Below, piece by piece: positions 26,096-36,005 of a stretch of 43,998 nucleotides of DNA. The notes beneath the pieces were generated by a model that was not told the DNA's origin, searched no databases, and saw only the letters and a list, made by a program, of their open reading frames with translations. Where the stretch lies: NCBI GenBank assembly GCA_964486655.1, contig CAZAON010000022.1, positions 1-43,998 of the forward strand. Reading direction: 5' to 3'. The position numbers and the translations under genes are program-made. The DNA is from an uncultured Flavobacteriales bacterium. GTDB taxonomy: Bacteria; Bacteroidota; Bacteroidia; AKYH767-A; 2013-40CM-41-45. Numbering within the stretch: the first letter of the stretch is position 1; each line of letters opens with the position of its first letter.

Positions 26096-28279
26096 TTAAC
26101 GTATTGAAACCAACTCACGATACTTTGCAATCGGCCAGAGTTCATCGTCGATAATCATTTCCAGTTTATCAACATGTTCTCGGATAACATCGAAGTACGG
26201 TTTAACCGTATCGCAATATGCAATTGCTTTATCGCGAATGCTTTCGATCTTATTAGCCTTCTTTCTGGCTTCGATCATTTCGGCGGCTTTTCCGCGAATG
26301 TTATTCATATGATTGCTGATAGACTTGATGGTATCGAGCTGAGTCATATCCGCATTCATGTTGATTGCGGCCATGGCTCCCGCATTTTGTGCCAATTGTG
26401 TCTGGTATTTCAAAGCGGCAGGAAGTATGTGGTTGACAACTAAGTCACCCATTACACGCGATTCAATTTGTATTTTCTTGATATATGCTTCAAGCATGAT
26501 TTCATGGCGCGCTTCAGCTTCTCTGTGACTGAAAATATTCATCTCTTCGAACAACTTTAAAGAGCTTTTAGTGACATAGGCGTCAAGAGCCAATGGAGTT
26601 GTCTGAATGTTTGAAAGTCCGCGGCGTTTCGCCTCTTTCACCCATTCATCGCTGTAACCGTTACCTTCGAAACGAATGTTCGCCGATTCAACAATATACT
26701 GGCGAAGTACTTTGAGGATAGCTTCGTCTTTCTTTGATCCTTTCTCGATAAGCGCATCAACTTCCTTTTTAAATTCAGTTAGCTGATTGGCAACAATGGT
26801 ATTAAGTACCATCATCGCATTCGAACAATTTGCCGAAGAGCCAACTGCACGGAACTCAAATTTATTTCCGGTGAATGCGAAAGGCGAAGTACGGTTGCGA
26901 TCTGTATTGTCCAGTAATATTTCCGGGATCTTTCCGATATTCAGTTTTAATGCGGTTTTCTCATCGGGCGACATTTTCTTGTCGTGAACCGATTGAACAA
27001 TCTCATCCATGACTCTGGTCAGCTGTGCGCCCAGGAATATTGACATGATTGCAGGCGGCGCTTCATTTGCTCCGAGGCGGTGGTCGTTACTTGCAGATGC
27101 AATACTTGCACGAAGCAGGTCGGCATGTTTAAATACGGCCTGAATTGTATTCACAAAAAATGTGAGGAACATCAGGTTGCTTTTCGGAGTACTTCCAGGC
27201 GACAATAGGTTCTTTCCTGTATTTGTGCTCAGGCTCCAGTTATTATGCTTCCCGCTACCGTTAATTCCGGCATATGGTTTTTCATGCAACAGCACTTTGA
27301 AATTATGGCGTCTTGCAACTTTGTCCATAACATCCATCAGTAATGCGTTGTGGTCAACAGCGAGGTTGATTTCTTCGAATACCGGTGCGCATTCGAACTG
27401 ACTTGGCGCAACTTCATTATGACGGGTCTTGAGCGGAATGCCGAGCTTGTATGATTCAGTTTCGAAATCGAGCATGAATGCATAAACGCGTTCAGGAATT
27501 GATCCGAAATAATGATCTTCTAACTGCTGTCCTTTTGCAGGTGAATGACCGAATAATGTGCGGCCGGTAATCATCAGGTCGGGACGTGAATTCAGCAATG
27601 CAGTGTCAACAAGGAAATATTCCTGTTCAACACCTAATGTTGCGAATACCTTTGTTATGTCTTTATCGAAATACTGACAGACTTCGACTGCGGCCTTATC
27701 GAGGATATGCAATGCCTTTAACAACGGTGCTTTATAATCAAGCGTCTCTCCTGTGTAGGATACGAAGATGGTCGGAATGCAAAGTGTCTTACCACCTGAA
27801 AAGTCCATAATAAATGCGGGGGAACTCGGGTCCCATGCTGTATAACCACGCGCTTCAAATGTATTTCTGATTCCTCCACTCGGAAAGCTTGACGCATCAG
27901 GCTCTTGCTGAGCGAGTGCGTTTCCTGAGAAATGTTCTATTGCTTTACCGTCGCTTAATTCAAAGAACGAATCATGCTTCTCGGCAGTAAGTCCGGTTAA
28001 CGGCTGAAACCAGTGTGTATAGTGTGTAGCTCCTTTTGAACTGGCCCAGTCTCTCATTCCCAATGCAACCTGGTCGGCCATCTTACGGTCAATTTGCTCG
28101 CCATGCTCAATTGCTGCCATTACAGCTTTATAAGCATCACGCTGCAAAAATTTCTGCATTGCTTCACGGTTAAATACGTTTGTGCCGTAGTAATCGGAAA
28201 CTTTAGACGATGGCGTCGTTACCTTCACCGCTGGCCTGCTTTGGGCAATTTCTAATGCCCTGAAACGGATATTGCTCAT
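26096..28279 (-). CDS. glnN: glutamine synthetase type III
   Basis: 727 aa, the length and N-terminal region typical of GSIII (SDYYGTNVF...THYTHWFQPLTG). Confidence 0.93.
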   Translation of the reverse strand: MSNIRFRALEIAQSRPAVKVTTPSSKVSDYYGTNVFNREAMQKFLQRDAYKAVMAAIEHGEQIDRKMADQVALGMRDWASSKGATHYTHWFQPLTGLTAEKHDSFFELSDGKAIEHFSGNALAQQEPDASSFPSGGIRNTFEARGYTAWDPSSPAFIMDFSGGKTLCIPTIFVSYTGETLDYKAPLLKALHILDKAAVEVCQYFDKDITKVFATLGVEQEYFLVDTALLNSRPDLMITGRTLFGHSPAKGQQLEDHYFGSIPERVYAFMLDFETESYKLGIPLKTRHNEVAPSQFECAPVFEEINLAVDHNALLMDVMDKVARRHNFKVLLHEKPYAGINGSGKHNNWSLSTNTGKNLLSPGSTPKSNLMFLTFFVNTIQAVFKHADLLRASIASASNDHRLGANEAPPAIMSIFLGAQLTRVMDEIVQSVHDKKMSPDEKTALKLNIGKIPEILLDNTDRNRTSPFAFTGNKFEFRAVGSSANCSNAMMVLNTIVANQLTEFKKEVDALIEKGSKKDEAILKVLRQYIVESANIRFEGNGYSDEWVKEAKRRGLSNIQTTPLALDAYVTKSSLKLFEEMNIFSHREAEARHEIMLEAYIKKIQIESRVMGDLVVNHILPAALKYQTQLAQNAGAMAAINMNADMTQLDTIKSISNHMNNIRGKAAEMIEARKKANKIESIRDKAIAYCDTVKPYFDVIREHVDKLEMIIDDELWPIAKYRELVSIR

Positions 28280-28311
28280 GTTACTATTGTTATGGTTTTT
28301 ATAATTTTTTT

Positions 28312-28319
28312 CAAATGTA
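28312..28319 (-). promoter_or_regulatory. candidate -7 promoter box TACATTTG for glnN
   Basis: The reverse complement of caaatgta matches TAnnTTTG. It lies 32 nt upstream of the ATG. A possible -33 TTG lies at 28341-28343. Confidence 0.45.
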
Positions 28320-28535
28320 TGTTAAAAAACAGGGGGGTGTCAAGAAAAAAAGTATATTTTTTTCAACAGTTGTACTATTTTTTAGGGGGTTTGTTGCTAA
28401 AAAGTATCATTTTGTAAGATATCGGTAATTTTTTGTGAATTTTTAGATACTTTTTTTGACAATTCTTTTAAATTTTGTTGAAATTCAATGCTTTGAAGAT
28501 TGATAAAAAGGTATTATTTTCGTTTTTCTCTTAGA

Positions 28536-31346
28536 ATGAAAATCGTAAGTGTTTTAACTTTTTTATTTTTTACAATACATGGTTTTAGCCAAAAGCAGGA
28601 TAAATACTGGTATTTTGGAACAGGAACTGATGGGATTTTCTTTGATAATCAGAATCAACCAATAAAACTCTCCAATAAACACTTAACAGCAGGTTTTGAA
28701 GGTTGTGCCGTTGCAACTGATCCATGTACCGGACTTTTGCTTTTTTATACTGATGGCCGGGAAGTTTTTGATAGTAATCATAATCTAATGCCAAATGGTT
28801 CCGGAATGTTATCACATATGTCGGGATCCCAATGTGTTCAGATTTGTAAAGTTCCGGGTACCTGCAATCAATATTATATTATTTCAAATTCATCATGGGA
28901 CAATACTCCTGGCAGCTTCTATTATTCAATTGTGGATTTTAGCACTAATCCGCTTGGCCAGGTAACAATAAAGAATCAATTGATTGGCGGACCTGATTAT
29001 CATCAGGCGATGAGAATTGTTCCGAAATCTAATAGCAATAATCTGTGGCTTATCGGACATCTGTACAATACTGCAACATATCATGTTTATGAAATAACAC
29101 CCGGAGGATTCACCGGACCTGTAATATATAATTTCTCAAACTCCGGCAGAAGCTGGACCATGGAATATAATTCAGCTACTCAAAAGCTGGTGAATATGGG
29201 TGAAGATAATATTAAAGTCAGCTTATTTGATTTCGATCCATCCACAGGTGTTTTAGCAAATGAACAACAATTATATTCCGGAATATTAAATGCTGTTGTT
29301 GGAAATTTTTCTCCTGATGGTTCAAAAATTTATGCCGGACTATCAGTTGGAGTAGGAGCTGGAGTCCTTTGGCAGTATGATCTGAATAATTCAACATGGA
29401 CAAATATGAATACCTGCTGTTGGGCTCATGATGTGAAAACAGGTCCTGATGGTATAACCTATTTCATTCACACTTTCAATGATCCTGACCCATTAGCTAA
29501 AATGACTGATGCGAATCTTACAGCAGTAGGAAATGCTTGCGGATATTCTACAATTACAAATCCCGGAAACTTTAACGGTGAAGTAAGACGGTTTCCCGAA
29601 TTTTTACAGGTTCCCGAAGCTCCATCCGCAAATCTTGATACTTTAACCATTGCTGCATCTGCCACGGTTAACATAAATGTTCTGGTGAATGATTTTGATC
29701 CGCAAGGCGATTTATTAACGCTCACTTCAATCGTGTCACAACCGGCATATGGAACAGCAACAATCAGTGGCGGACAGATTTCATATACGGCCAATAATGG
29801 AATATGTGGTGTTACCGACACACTTATTTATGAAATTGTTGACGCGACATGTATGTGTGATACTGCGCAAGTCATAATTCATATTTCAGGTATAATTCCT
29901 ACTTCATCATTTAGTTTTTCAGGAAGTACTTGTAATGGAAATGTCTCATTTACCAATCAATCTCAAAACGGAAATACATACCTGTGGAATTTTGGGGATG
30001 GTAGTCCCATTGATACATCTGTTAATCCTACTCACACTTTTAATTTACCGGGAACTTATATCGTTACTTTATATACATCAAACAATTGCGGAACCGATTC
30101 GGTAGCAGATTCAATTAGTATATTTTCAGGGTTGAATCCCGGTGCTTCATTTACACAATCACAAATTAATTGTTCGCTCACAATAAATTTCAATAATACT
30201 TCTTTAAACAGTTCATCTTTCGAATGGCATTTCGGTGATGGTTATTCAGACACAACAGCTAGTCCTGTTCATACATATATAAATGCTGGAAATTATACCG
30301 TTATCTTACTCGCTGCAAATAGTTGTGGCATTGATACTCTCTCCCAGACAATTTTAATAAATCCGGTTTCGCAACCTGTTATATCTGCCTCAGTTATTCA
30401 GCAGAATTGCGCACAAACCATAAACGTTACGGCTCAGGTTGCAAACACTATTTCTTATCTCTGGGATTTTGGCGATGGTAATACCGATACTGCACTTTCG
30501 GCAACTCATACTTATCTGACTCATGGAGGCTATACTGTAAGATTCTTTGCAACCGGAGTGTGTGGTACGGATACATTTTTACAAAATCTGAATCTGCTTT
30601 CAGCTCCAATGGCTGTTTCGCAATTTTCAATAAATCAATTGAGCTGCTCTAATAAAGTAACCTTCATGAATCAATCTCTCAACGCAACTTCTTATATATG
30701 GGATTTTGGTGATTTAAATACATCCAATGCCATCAACCCTCAGCACGTTTATAGTGATTCGGGCACTTATACAGTCAGATTAATCGCAATAAATCAATGT
30801 GGTTCTGATACACTCATTCAAATTGTTCCAAATAATTTTTTGCCGGGGACGAGTGCTTTTAAGTTTGATCAACCTGTTTGTGAAAGTGCAATTCATTTTA
30901 CCGATCAATCACAAAATGCATTTTCTCTCTTTTGGGATTTCGGCGACGGAATAACAAGTCAGGAAATAAATCCCGTTCATTCTTATAGTGCAGCCGGCGA
31001 ATACTCCGTTACATTATGTATTAACAGAGGTACTTTGTGTGCAGACACAGCATCTCTGTCTGTCAATGCAGAAGGTATTAATCAGCCAGTATTTTATATT
31101 CCTAATTGTTTTACTCCGAATGGAGACGGACTTAATGATAGATTCGAAATTGTTTCGAAAAATCAGTGCGACAGTTTTCAGTTTTTCATTTATGATCGCT
31201 GGGGAAATTTAGTTTTCAAAAGCAGTGATGAGCAGGTTATCTGGAATGGAAATTCAGGAGATAAACAGGCTCAGGAAGGAGTTTATACCTACCTGATAAA
31301 ATCCGGTGATTATGAAAGCACCGGGCGAATTACATTAGTTCGTTAA
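28536..31346 (+). CDS. T9SS-secreted surface protein: unknown N-terminal domain, cadherin-like domain, five PKD repeats and a type B (gliding-motility CHU_C) C-terminal domain
   Basis: 936 aa from MKIVSVLTFLFFTIHGFSQ. It has five W(D/N/H)FGDG...HTY...G.YTV PKD units and the C-terminal motif CFTPNGDGLNDRF...WGNLVF...GVYTY. Confidence 0.85.
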   Translation: MKIVSVLTFLFFTIHGFSQKQDKYWYFGTGTDGIFFDNQNQPIKLSNKHLTAGFEGCAVATDPCTGLLLFYTDGREVFDSNHNLMPNGSGMLSHMSGSQCVQICKVPGTCNQYYIISNSSWDNTPGSFYYSIVDFSTNPLGQVTIKNQLIGGPDYHQAMRIVPKSNSNNLWLIGHLYNTATYHVYEITPGGFTGPVIYNFSNSGRSWTMEYNSATQKLVNMGEDNIKVSLFDFDPSTGVLANEQQLYSGILNAVVGNFSPDGSKIYAGLSVGVGAGVLWQYDLNNSTWTNMNTCCWAHDVKTGPDGITYFIHTFNDPDPLAKMTDANLTAVGNACGYSTITNPGNFNGEVRRFPEFLQVPEAPSANLDTLTIAASATVNINVLVNDFDPQGDLLTLTSIVSQPAYGTATISGGQISYTANNGICGVTDTLIYEIVDATCMCDTAQVIIHISGIIPTSSFSFSGSTCNGNVSFTNQSQNGNTYLWNFGDGSPIDTSVNPTHTFNLPGTYIVTLYTSNNCGTDSVADSISIFSGLNPGASFTQSQINCSLTINFNNTSLNSSSFEWHFGDGYSDTTASPVHTYINAGNYTVILLAANSCGIDTLSQTILINPVSQPVISASVIQQNCAQTINVTAQVANTISYLWDFGDGNTDTALSATHTYLTHGGYTVRFFATGVCGTDTFLQNLNLLSAPMAVSQFSINQLSCSNKVTFMNQSLNATSYIWDFGDLNTSNAINPQHVYSDSGTYTVRLIAINQCGSDTLIQIVPNNFLPGTSAFKFDQPVCESAIHFTDQSQNAFSLFWDFGDGITSQEINPVHSYSAAGEYSVTLCINRGTLCADTASLSVNAEGINQPVFYIPNCFTPNGDGLNDRFEIVSKNQCDSFQFFIYDRWGNLVFKSSDEQVIWNGNSGDKQAQEGVYTYLIKSGDYESTGRITLVR

Positions 31347-31379
31347 AAAATGATTCTGTCTTTATTTTACAGAATCATT
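31347..31379. terminator. shared hairpin terminator between convergent genes
   Basis: Stem atgattctg / cagaatcat with an 11-nt loop. An A6/T6 run on the left gives a U-tract for the minus-strand (desaturase) transcript. Confidence 0.6.
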
Positions 31380-31425
31380 ACAATGTCTTGATGAAGAAAA
31401 ATACCTAAGTCGAAAATGTTTTTAC

Positions 31426-32484
31426 TTAAGCGTGACCCAGTCTGTACAAAAACCTCACATGCGACCATAATGCGTGCACAAAAGTGGGCTGCTCAAGATA
31501 TTTTAGTCCGTGTTTCTCACAGGTTTCTTTTACTATCAGACTCAACTTTGGATAATGCACATGTGATATACGCGGGAATAAGTGATGTTCCACTTGTTGA
31601 TTTAGTCCGCCTGTTAAAAAAGACAGAAGTTTGCTCCTCGAGCCAAAGTTTGCCGTAGTCAATACCTGGTGAACTGCCCAGTCATTTTCCAAAACAGGTT
31701 CAGCTTTAATGAAGTTTGTTTCTTCAACAGCATGCGCTAGTTGAAATACCACACTGGTAACCAATCCTACCGTGTAAACCCATACAGCGAATCCTATCAG
31801 GAAAGAAGTCCAGCTCATATATTGAAGCGGAAGCACAATGAATAAACCTACAAACGATAATTTAGTTATCCAGAAACCCACGTGAGTCATGAAGCTGAAC
31901 TGAATATTATCTTTTGCCGCTATACTTCTTCTGAAATATTTCATGATGTCCAGCGCGAATATCCAGGCAAAATACATTATACCATATATAAACACCCAAT
32001 AGATGTGCTGAAACCTGTGATACCATCTTTTCTTTTGTGTATCGCACAGGCGAAGAAAAGGTTCGTTCAAAATATCATCATCATGTCCGTCGATATTCGT
32101 AAACGTATGATGAATCATGTTGTGTTTGATATTCCACAGGTAAGAACTACCGCCTAAAAAGTTGAGCGATAAAGCAGCGATTTTATTGACTGATTTTTTC
32201 GGGGAATAACTGCCATGTCCGCCATCGTGCATCACATTGAAACCTATTCCGGCTGTGAGCAGTCCGAACACGATTGTCAATAATATGGCAAACAGGGGAG
32301 AAGGTGTGAAGAAAACCAGAACAATATAACAGGCTATAAATGATAAAATATAAAATGCCGACTTCAGGTATATTTTAATATTTCCGTGCGGATCTATTTT
32401 ATGTTCCTGGAAATATCCTTCGACTCTGCTTTTTAAATCTGTATAGAATGCCGAACTGTTCCCGTTAAATTTTATTCCTGCCAT
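31426..32484 (-). CDS. membrane fatty-acid desaturase, front-end (DesD-like) type
   Basis: 352 aa with histidine boxes HDGGH, HNMIHH and QVEHH, plus TM helices. Confidence 0.85.
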   Translation of the reverse strand: MAGIKFNGNSSAFYTDLKSRVEGYFQEHKIDPHGNIKIYLKSAFYILSFIACYIVLVFFTPSPLFAILLTIVFGLLTAGIGFNVMHDGGHGSYSPKKSVNKIAALSLNFLGGSSYLWNIKHNMIHHTFTNIDGHDDDILNEPFLRLCDTQKKRWYHRFQHIYWVFIYGIMYFAWIFALDIMKYFRRSIAAKDNIQFSFMTHVGFWITKLSFVGLFIVLPLQYMSWTSFLIGFAVWVYTVGLVTSVVFQLAHAVEETNFIKAEPVLENDWAVHQVLTTANFGSRSKLLSFLTGGLNQQVEHHLFPRISHVHYPKLSLIVKETCEKHGLKYLEQPTFVHALWSHVRFLYRLGHA

Positions 32485-32541
32485 TTTTTAATCTTTAAGT
32501 TTAATACTGCCGTTAACGAAATAGGATCTTTCGATATTCTG

Positions 32542-34320
32542 TTACCAGCTTTTCTTTTTCCGGTCCGAATTTCTGCCCGGACTTTTTTCACTCCATCCTC
32601 TGCCACCGGATGATCTTTCACTTTTTCCTCTGGAGGAGGAAGCTGGCTTTTCTTTCCAGGAACCTTTCTTTCGAAAACCACCTCCGCCACCGCTTCCGCT
32701 TCGTCCGCCTCTTGATGGTTCTTTACCCGATAATTCGGTTCTTACTTTTCTTCCCTGATAAACTTCACCCATGAAAGCTTCCATTGCTTTCGGTAAAAGA
32801 TTTTCAGGAAGATCAATAAATGAATAAACGCCTTTGACATCAACTCTGCCAATTTCGTCTTTGCTGATTCCGGTTACATCAGCAACCAGTTTCGCCATTG
32901 ATGCATCATTCAGTCCGTCCATCGAGCCAAGATTAATGAACAAACGTGGTGCATTATTCCTGTATCCGTTGTGAGTCTTGCCCTGATGAGCAATATCAAC
33001 ATTCAGATCCGGCGCATTTCTGTATGAATCAAGAAAACGGTTGAATTCAATACTCACCATTCTCTTAATCAGTTCTTCTTTACTCAGGTCCTGAAATTCA
33101 TCGAATACAGGTTGAAGGTACTTAGAAATTCCCGACTCATTTACCTTGACATGATGAATTTTTTTAACAAGGCTCATTAATTGTTGTTCACCAATTGTCA
33201 CCGCATCCGGAATCCGGGCAAGTGATATCTTTTTGTTGATCTTTCTCTCAATAAACTTAACTTTTTCGATTTCACGGGTATTGGCCAGAGCCAGTGATAC
33301 ACCCGATTTACCCGCACGTGCTGTTCGCCCGCTTCTGTGAGTATAACTTTCCGGTTCATCGGGAAGGTTATAATGTATCACGTGTGTGATATCGTTCACA
33401 TCGATTCCTCTTGCGGCAACATCTGTTGCAACGAGAACATTCAGGTTATGACTGCGGTATCGTGCCATAACTTTATCCCGCTGTGCCTGTGCAAGGTCTC
33501 CGTGTAATGAATCCGAATTGTAACCGTCTTTCGCAAGGTTTTCAGCCACATGTTGCGTCTCCATTTTAGTTCGGCAGAAAATTATTCCGAATACTTCAGG
33601 AATAGAATCCAATATTCTTCTTAAAGCCTGGTAACGGTCTTTTTCATGAATCACATAATAAAAGTGTTCCATGTTCTCCGCGCCTTCGTTCTTTCTTCCG
33701 ACCGTTAATTCGAAAGGATTCGACATGTAGCGGCTGGCAATAGTCCGAACTTCCTGCGGCATTGTTGCTGAGAAAAGCCAAACTCTTCTCTGCTTGGGCA
33801 TGTGGCTTAATATTTCATCAATATCTTCCTGGAATCCCATGTTCAGCATTTCATCGGCCTCGTCAAGAACGCAAAAGCGGATATTACTCATCGTTACCGC
33901 TCCTCTTTCAATCAGGTCGATTAACCGGCCGGGAGTTGCAACAACGATCTGACTGCCTTTTTTAATCTGACGAATCTGAGTAGAAATACTCGCCCCACCA
34001 TAAACCGGTGTTACGTTAATTGCCCTGCTGTATTTGCTGTAGTTAACAAGGTCTTTGGAAATTTGAACGCAAAGTTCGCGGGTTGGTGCTAATATCAGAG
34101 CCTGTGTAACTGTTGACTTTGAGTCAATTAATTCTAACAGAGGAATCCCGAATGCTGCTGTCTTGCCTGTTCCTGTTTGTGCTAATCCTATAAAATCGCG
34201 GTCATTTTTTAATAATACGGGGATTGCTTGTTGTTGTACGGGAGTAGGTTCTTTAAAACCGAGTTCTTCGATAGCTTTTAATACACTTTCGCCAACTCCC
34301 AATTCTGGAAATGAAATCAT
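32542..34320 (-). CDS. DEAD-box ATP-dependent RNA helicase with a DbpA-like RNA-binding domain and an RGG-rich tail
   Basis: 592 aa with motifs AQTGTGKT, DEAD, SAT and HRSGRTARAG, and a Gly/Arg/Ser-rich C-terminus. Confidence 0.9.
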   Translation of the reverse strand: MISFPELGVGESVLKAIEELGFKEPTPVQQQAIPVLLKNDRDFIGLAQTGTGKTAAFGIPLLELIDSKSTVTQALILAPTRELCVQISKDLVNYSKYSRAINVTPVYGGASISTQIRQIKKGSQIVVATPGRLIDLIERGAVTMSNIRFCVLDEADEMLNMGFQEDIDEILSHMPKQRRVWLFSATMPQEVRTIASRYMSNPFELTVGRKNEGAENMEHFYYVIHEKDRYQALRRILDSIPEVFGIIFCRTKMETQHVAENLAKDGYNSDSLHGDLAQAQRDKVMARYRSHNLNVLVATDVAARGIDVNDITHVIHYNLPDEPESYTHRSGRTARAGKSGVSLALANTREIEKVKFIERKINKKISLARIPDAVTIGEQQLMSLVKKIHHVKVNESGISKYLQPVFDEFQDLSKEELIKRMVSIEFNRFLDSYRNAPDLNVDIAHQGKTHNGYRNNAPRLFINLGSMDGLNDASMAKLVADVTGISKDEIGRVDVKGVYSFIDLPENLLPKAMEAFMGEVYQGRKVRTELSGKEPSRGGRSGSGGGGGFRKKGSWKEKPASSSRGKSERSSGGRGWSEKSPGRNSDRKKKSW

Positions 34321-34437
34321 TATTTATGTTTAGCCGGCGAAGGTAGGGAAAAGAAAGGGTTTTTTCCGGAATATCTGTCTAACTGATCGGTAATCAGACT
34401 TTTCAGTTCAAATTAGCAATAAATATTTTACAGATTT

Positions 34438-35421
34438 TTACTTATTCAGGTACATAACCTCTTTTACCGCTTTTACCACACGTGCAGGGTTTGGTAAATA
34501 GGCTTCAATCAGTGTCGGAGCATAAGGAAGAGGAACATCTCCTCCCATAACCCTAAGTACAGGAGCATCAAGATAATCGAATGCGTCACGCTGAACTTTA
34601 AATGCGATTTCAGATGCAATTGATGCAAGAGGCCATGATTCTTCAACTATGACCAGACGATTTGTCTTCTTTACTGAATTGATAACGGTTGCATAATCTA
34701 TCGGTCTTACAGAACGTAAGTCAATTACCTCGGCGTTAATACTTTCATTGGCAAGTTCTTCGGCTGACTTCAAAGCGATTTTCATCATTTTGCCGAATGA
34801 AACTATGGTGACGTCAGTTCCGGATTTTACAACATTTGCAGAACCGATCGGTATCAAATATTCACCCTCGGGAACCATTCCCTTATCGCCGTACATCTGT
34901 TCGCTCTCCATGAAAATGACAGGATCGTCATCGCGAATGGCAGATTTCAAAAGTCCTTTTGCATCGGCGGGATTGCTTGGCACGACTACTTTTAGTCCGG
35001 GACAGTTTGCATACCAGTTTTCGAATGCCTGCGAATGTTGTGAGCTGAGCATTCCGGCCGAAGCTGTCGGTCCTCGAAAAACAATCGGCACCTGGAACTG
35101 GCCACCACTCATACTCATCATTTTCGCGGCTGAGTTAATCACCTGGTCGATTGCAACAAGAGAAAAGTTGAAAGTCATGAATTCGATAATCGGACGCAAC
35201 CCATTCATCGCTGCACCAACACCGATTCCTGCAAATCCCAATTCAGCGATCGGTGTATCTATAATTCTTTTGTCGCCAAATTCTTCGAGCATTCCCTGGC
35301 TGACTTTGTATGCTCCATTATACTGAGCTACTTCTTCGCCCATTAAAAAAACACGGCCATCACGACGCATCTCTTCAGACATTGCCTCACGCAGGGCTTC
35401 ACGGAATTGTAATTCTTTCAT
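34438..35421 (-). CDS. pdhB: pyruvate/2-oxoacid dehydrogenase E1 component beta subunit
   Basis: 327 aa with a transketolase-like pyrimidine-binding domain and C-terminal domain, and a typical E1 beta N-terminus (REALREAMSEEM). Confidence 0.88.
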   Translation of the reverse strand: MKELQFREALREAMSEEMRRDGRVFLMGEEVAQYNGAYKVSQGMLEEFGDKRIIDTPIAELGFAGIGVGAAMNGLRPIIEFMTFNFSLVAIDQVINSAAKMMSMSGGQFQVPIVFRGPTASAGMLSSQHSQAFENWYANCPGLKVVVPSNPADAKGLLKSAIRDDDPVIFMESEQMYGDKGMVPEGEYLIPIGSANVVKSGTDVTIVSFGKMMKIALKSAEELANESINAEVIDLRSVRPIDYATVINSVKKTNRLVIVEESWPLASIASEIAFKVQRDAFDYLDAPVLRVMGGDVPLPYAPTLIEAYLPNPARVVKAVKEVMYLNK

Positions 35422-35429
35422 AAGTCGGG

Positions 35430-35437
35430 CAAATATA
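35430..35437 (-). promoter_or_regulatory. candidate -7 promoter box TATATTTG only 8 nt from the pdhB ATG
   Basis: The reverse complement of caaatata matches TAnnTTTG exactly. Confidence 0.35.
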
Positions 35438-35443
35438 GTAGAT

Positions 35444-35457
35444 AGTCTTGAGTCTTG
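35444..35457 (-). repeat. heptamer doublet CAAGACT CAAGACT (minus strand)
   Basis: The plus strand reads agtcttg agtcttg. A third copy lies in gagtcttgag at 35474-35483. Confidence 0.7.
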
Positions 35458-35488
35458 CCTTCACCATTTTGGGGAGTCTTGAGAGAAG

Positions 35489-35509
35489 GGTTTCGGGTTT
35501 TGGGTTGGG
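35489..35509 (-). repeat. AACCCGA-type degenerate heptamer array
   Basis: The plus strand reads ggtttcg ggttttg ggttggg. Confidence 0.75.
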
Positions 35510-35558
35510 AGAAACTATTCGCCTTGGTTTATATTATATGTAAACATTTACAAAATCT

Positions 35559-35873
35559 CTACGCATCAAGCTGATCCAGAGCGGATTTCAATTCGGATAA
35601 TGTATGCATGTCTTTTTGGGAATGAGCTACTGAAATTCCGATTTCATAGAAATTTCTTGCCAGGGGAAGCTGGTTTAAATTTTCGGCCGATTTGCCTGCC
35701 ATATAATAAGCAGCCAGGTAATCCGGGTCATCATTCAGCAGGCTACTTAAATGTTCCAATGCTGCCTGATGATCGTTTACGGCTAGATATTCCATGGCTA
35801 TTGCATACTTCAGAAAACTATCATCAGGATCATCATTTAAATACACTTTTAAAAGCTCTAATCGGGTCGACAT
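35559..35873 (-). CDS. small TPR-like helical repeat protein (hypothetical)
   Basis: 104 aa, helical, with TPR-like segments (AIAMEYLAVNDHQAALEHL, AAYYMAGKSAENLNQLPLARNFY). Confidence 0.6.
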   Translation of the reverse strand: MSTRLELLKVYLNDDPDDSFLKYAIAMEYLAVNDHQAALEHLSSLLNDDPDYLAAYYMAGKSAENLNQLPLARNFYEIGISVAHSQKDMHTLSELKSALDQLDA

Positions 35874-36005
35874 GTTTTGTTTTTACAGGAATTTCGACAA
35901 TTATTTGTATATCTTCGCGCCGCAATAACGGAAAATGCATTTATATCAAACAAATTTCCGTATTTCATGTATAAGTGCGCTCATCCGCAGTAACATTTTA
36001 ACACA

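Noticed and set aside
32472-32690. 72-aa same-strand ORF overlapping the helicase C-terminus and the desaturase start
   Set aside because: It is an alternative-frame reading of the Gly/Arg-rich tail coding region. It overlaps two supported genes and has no start context of its own.
34748-35326. Long antisense ORFs inside well-supported genes: 34748-35326, 12032-12475, 10447-10923, 9020-9421, 29468-29821, 116-421, 6430-6801 and 14180-14518
   Set aside because: They are shadow ORFs on the strand opposite strongly homologous genes, with low-complexity or Ser/Pro/Ala-rich translations and no independent signals.
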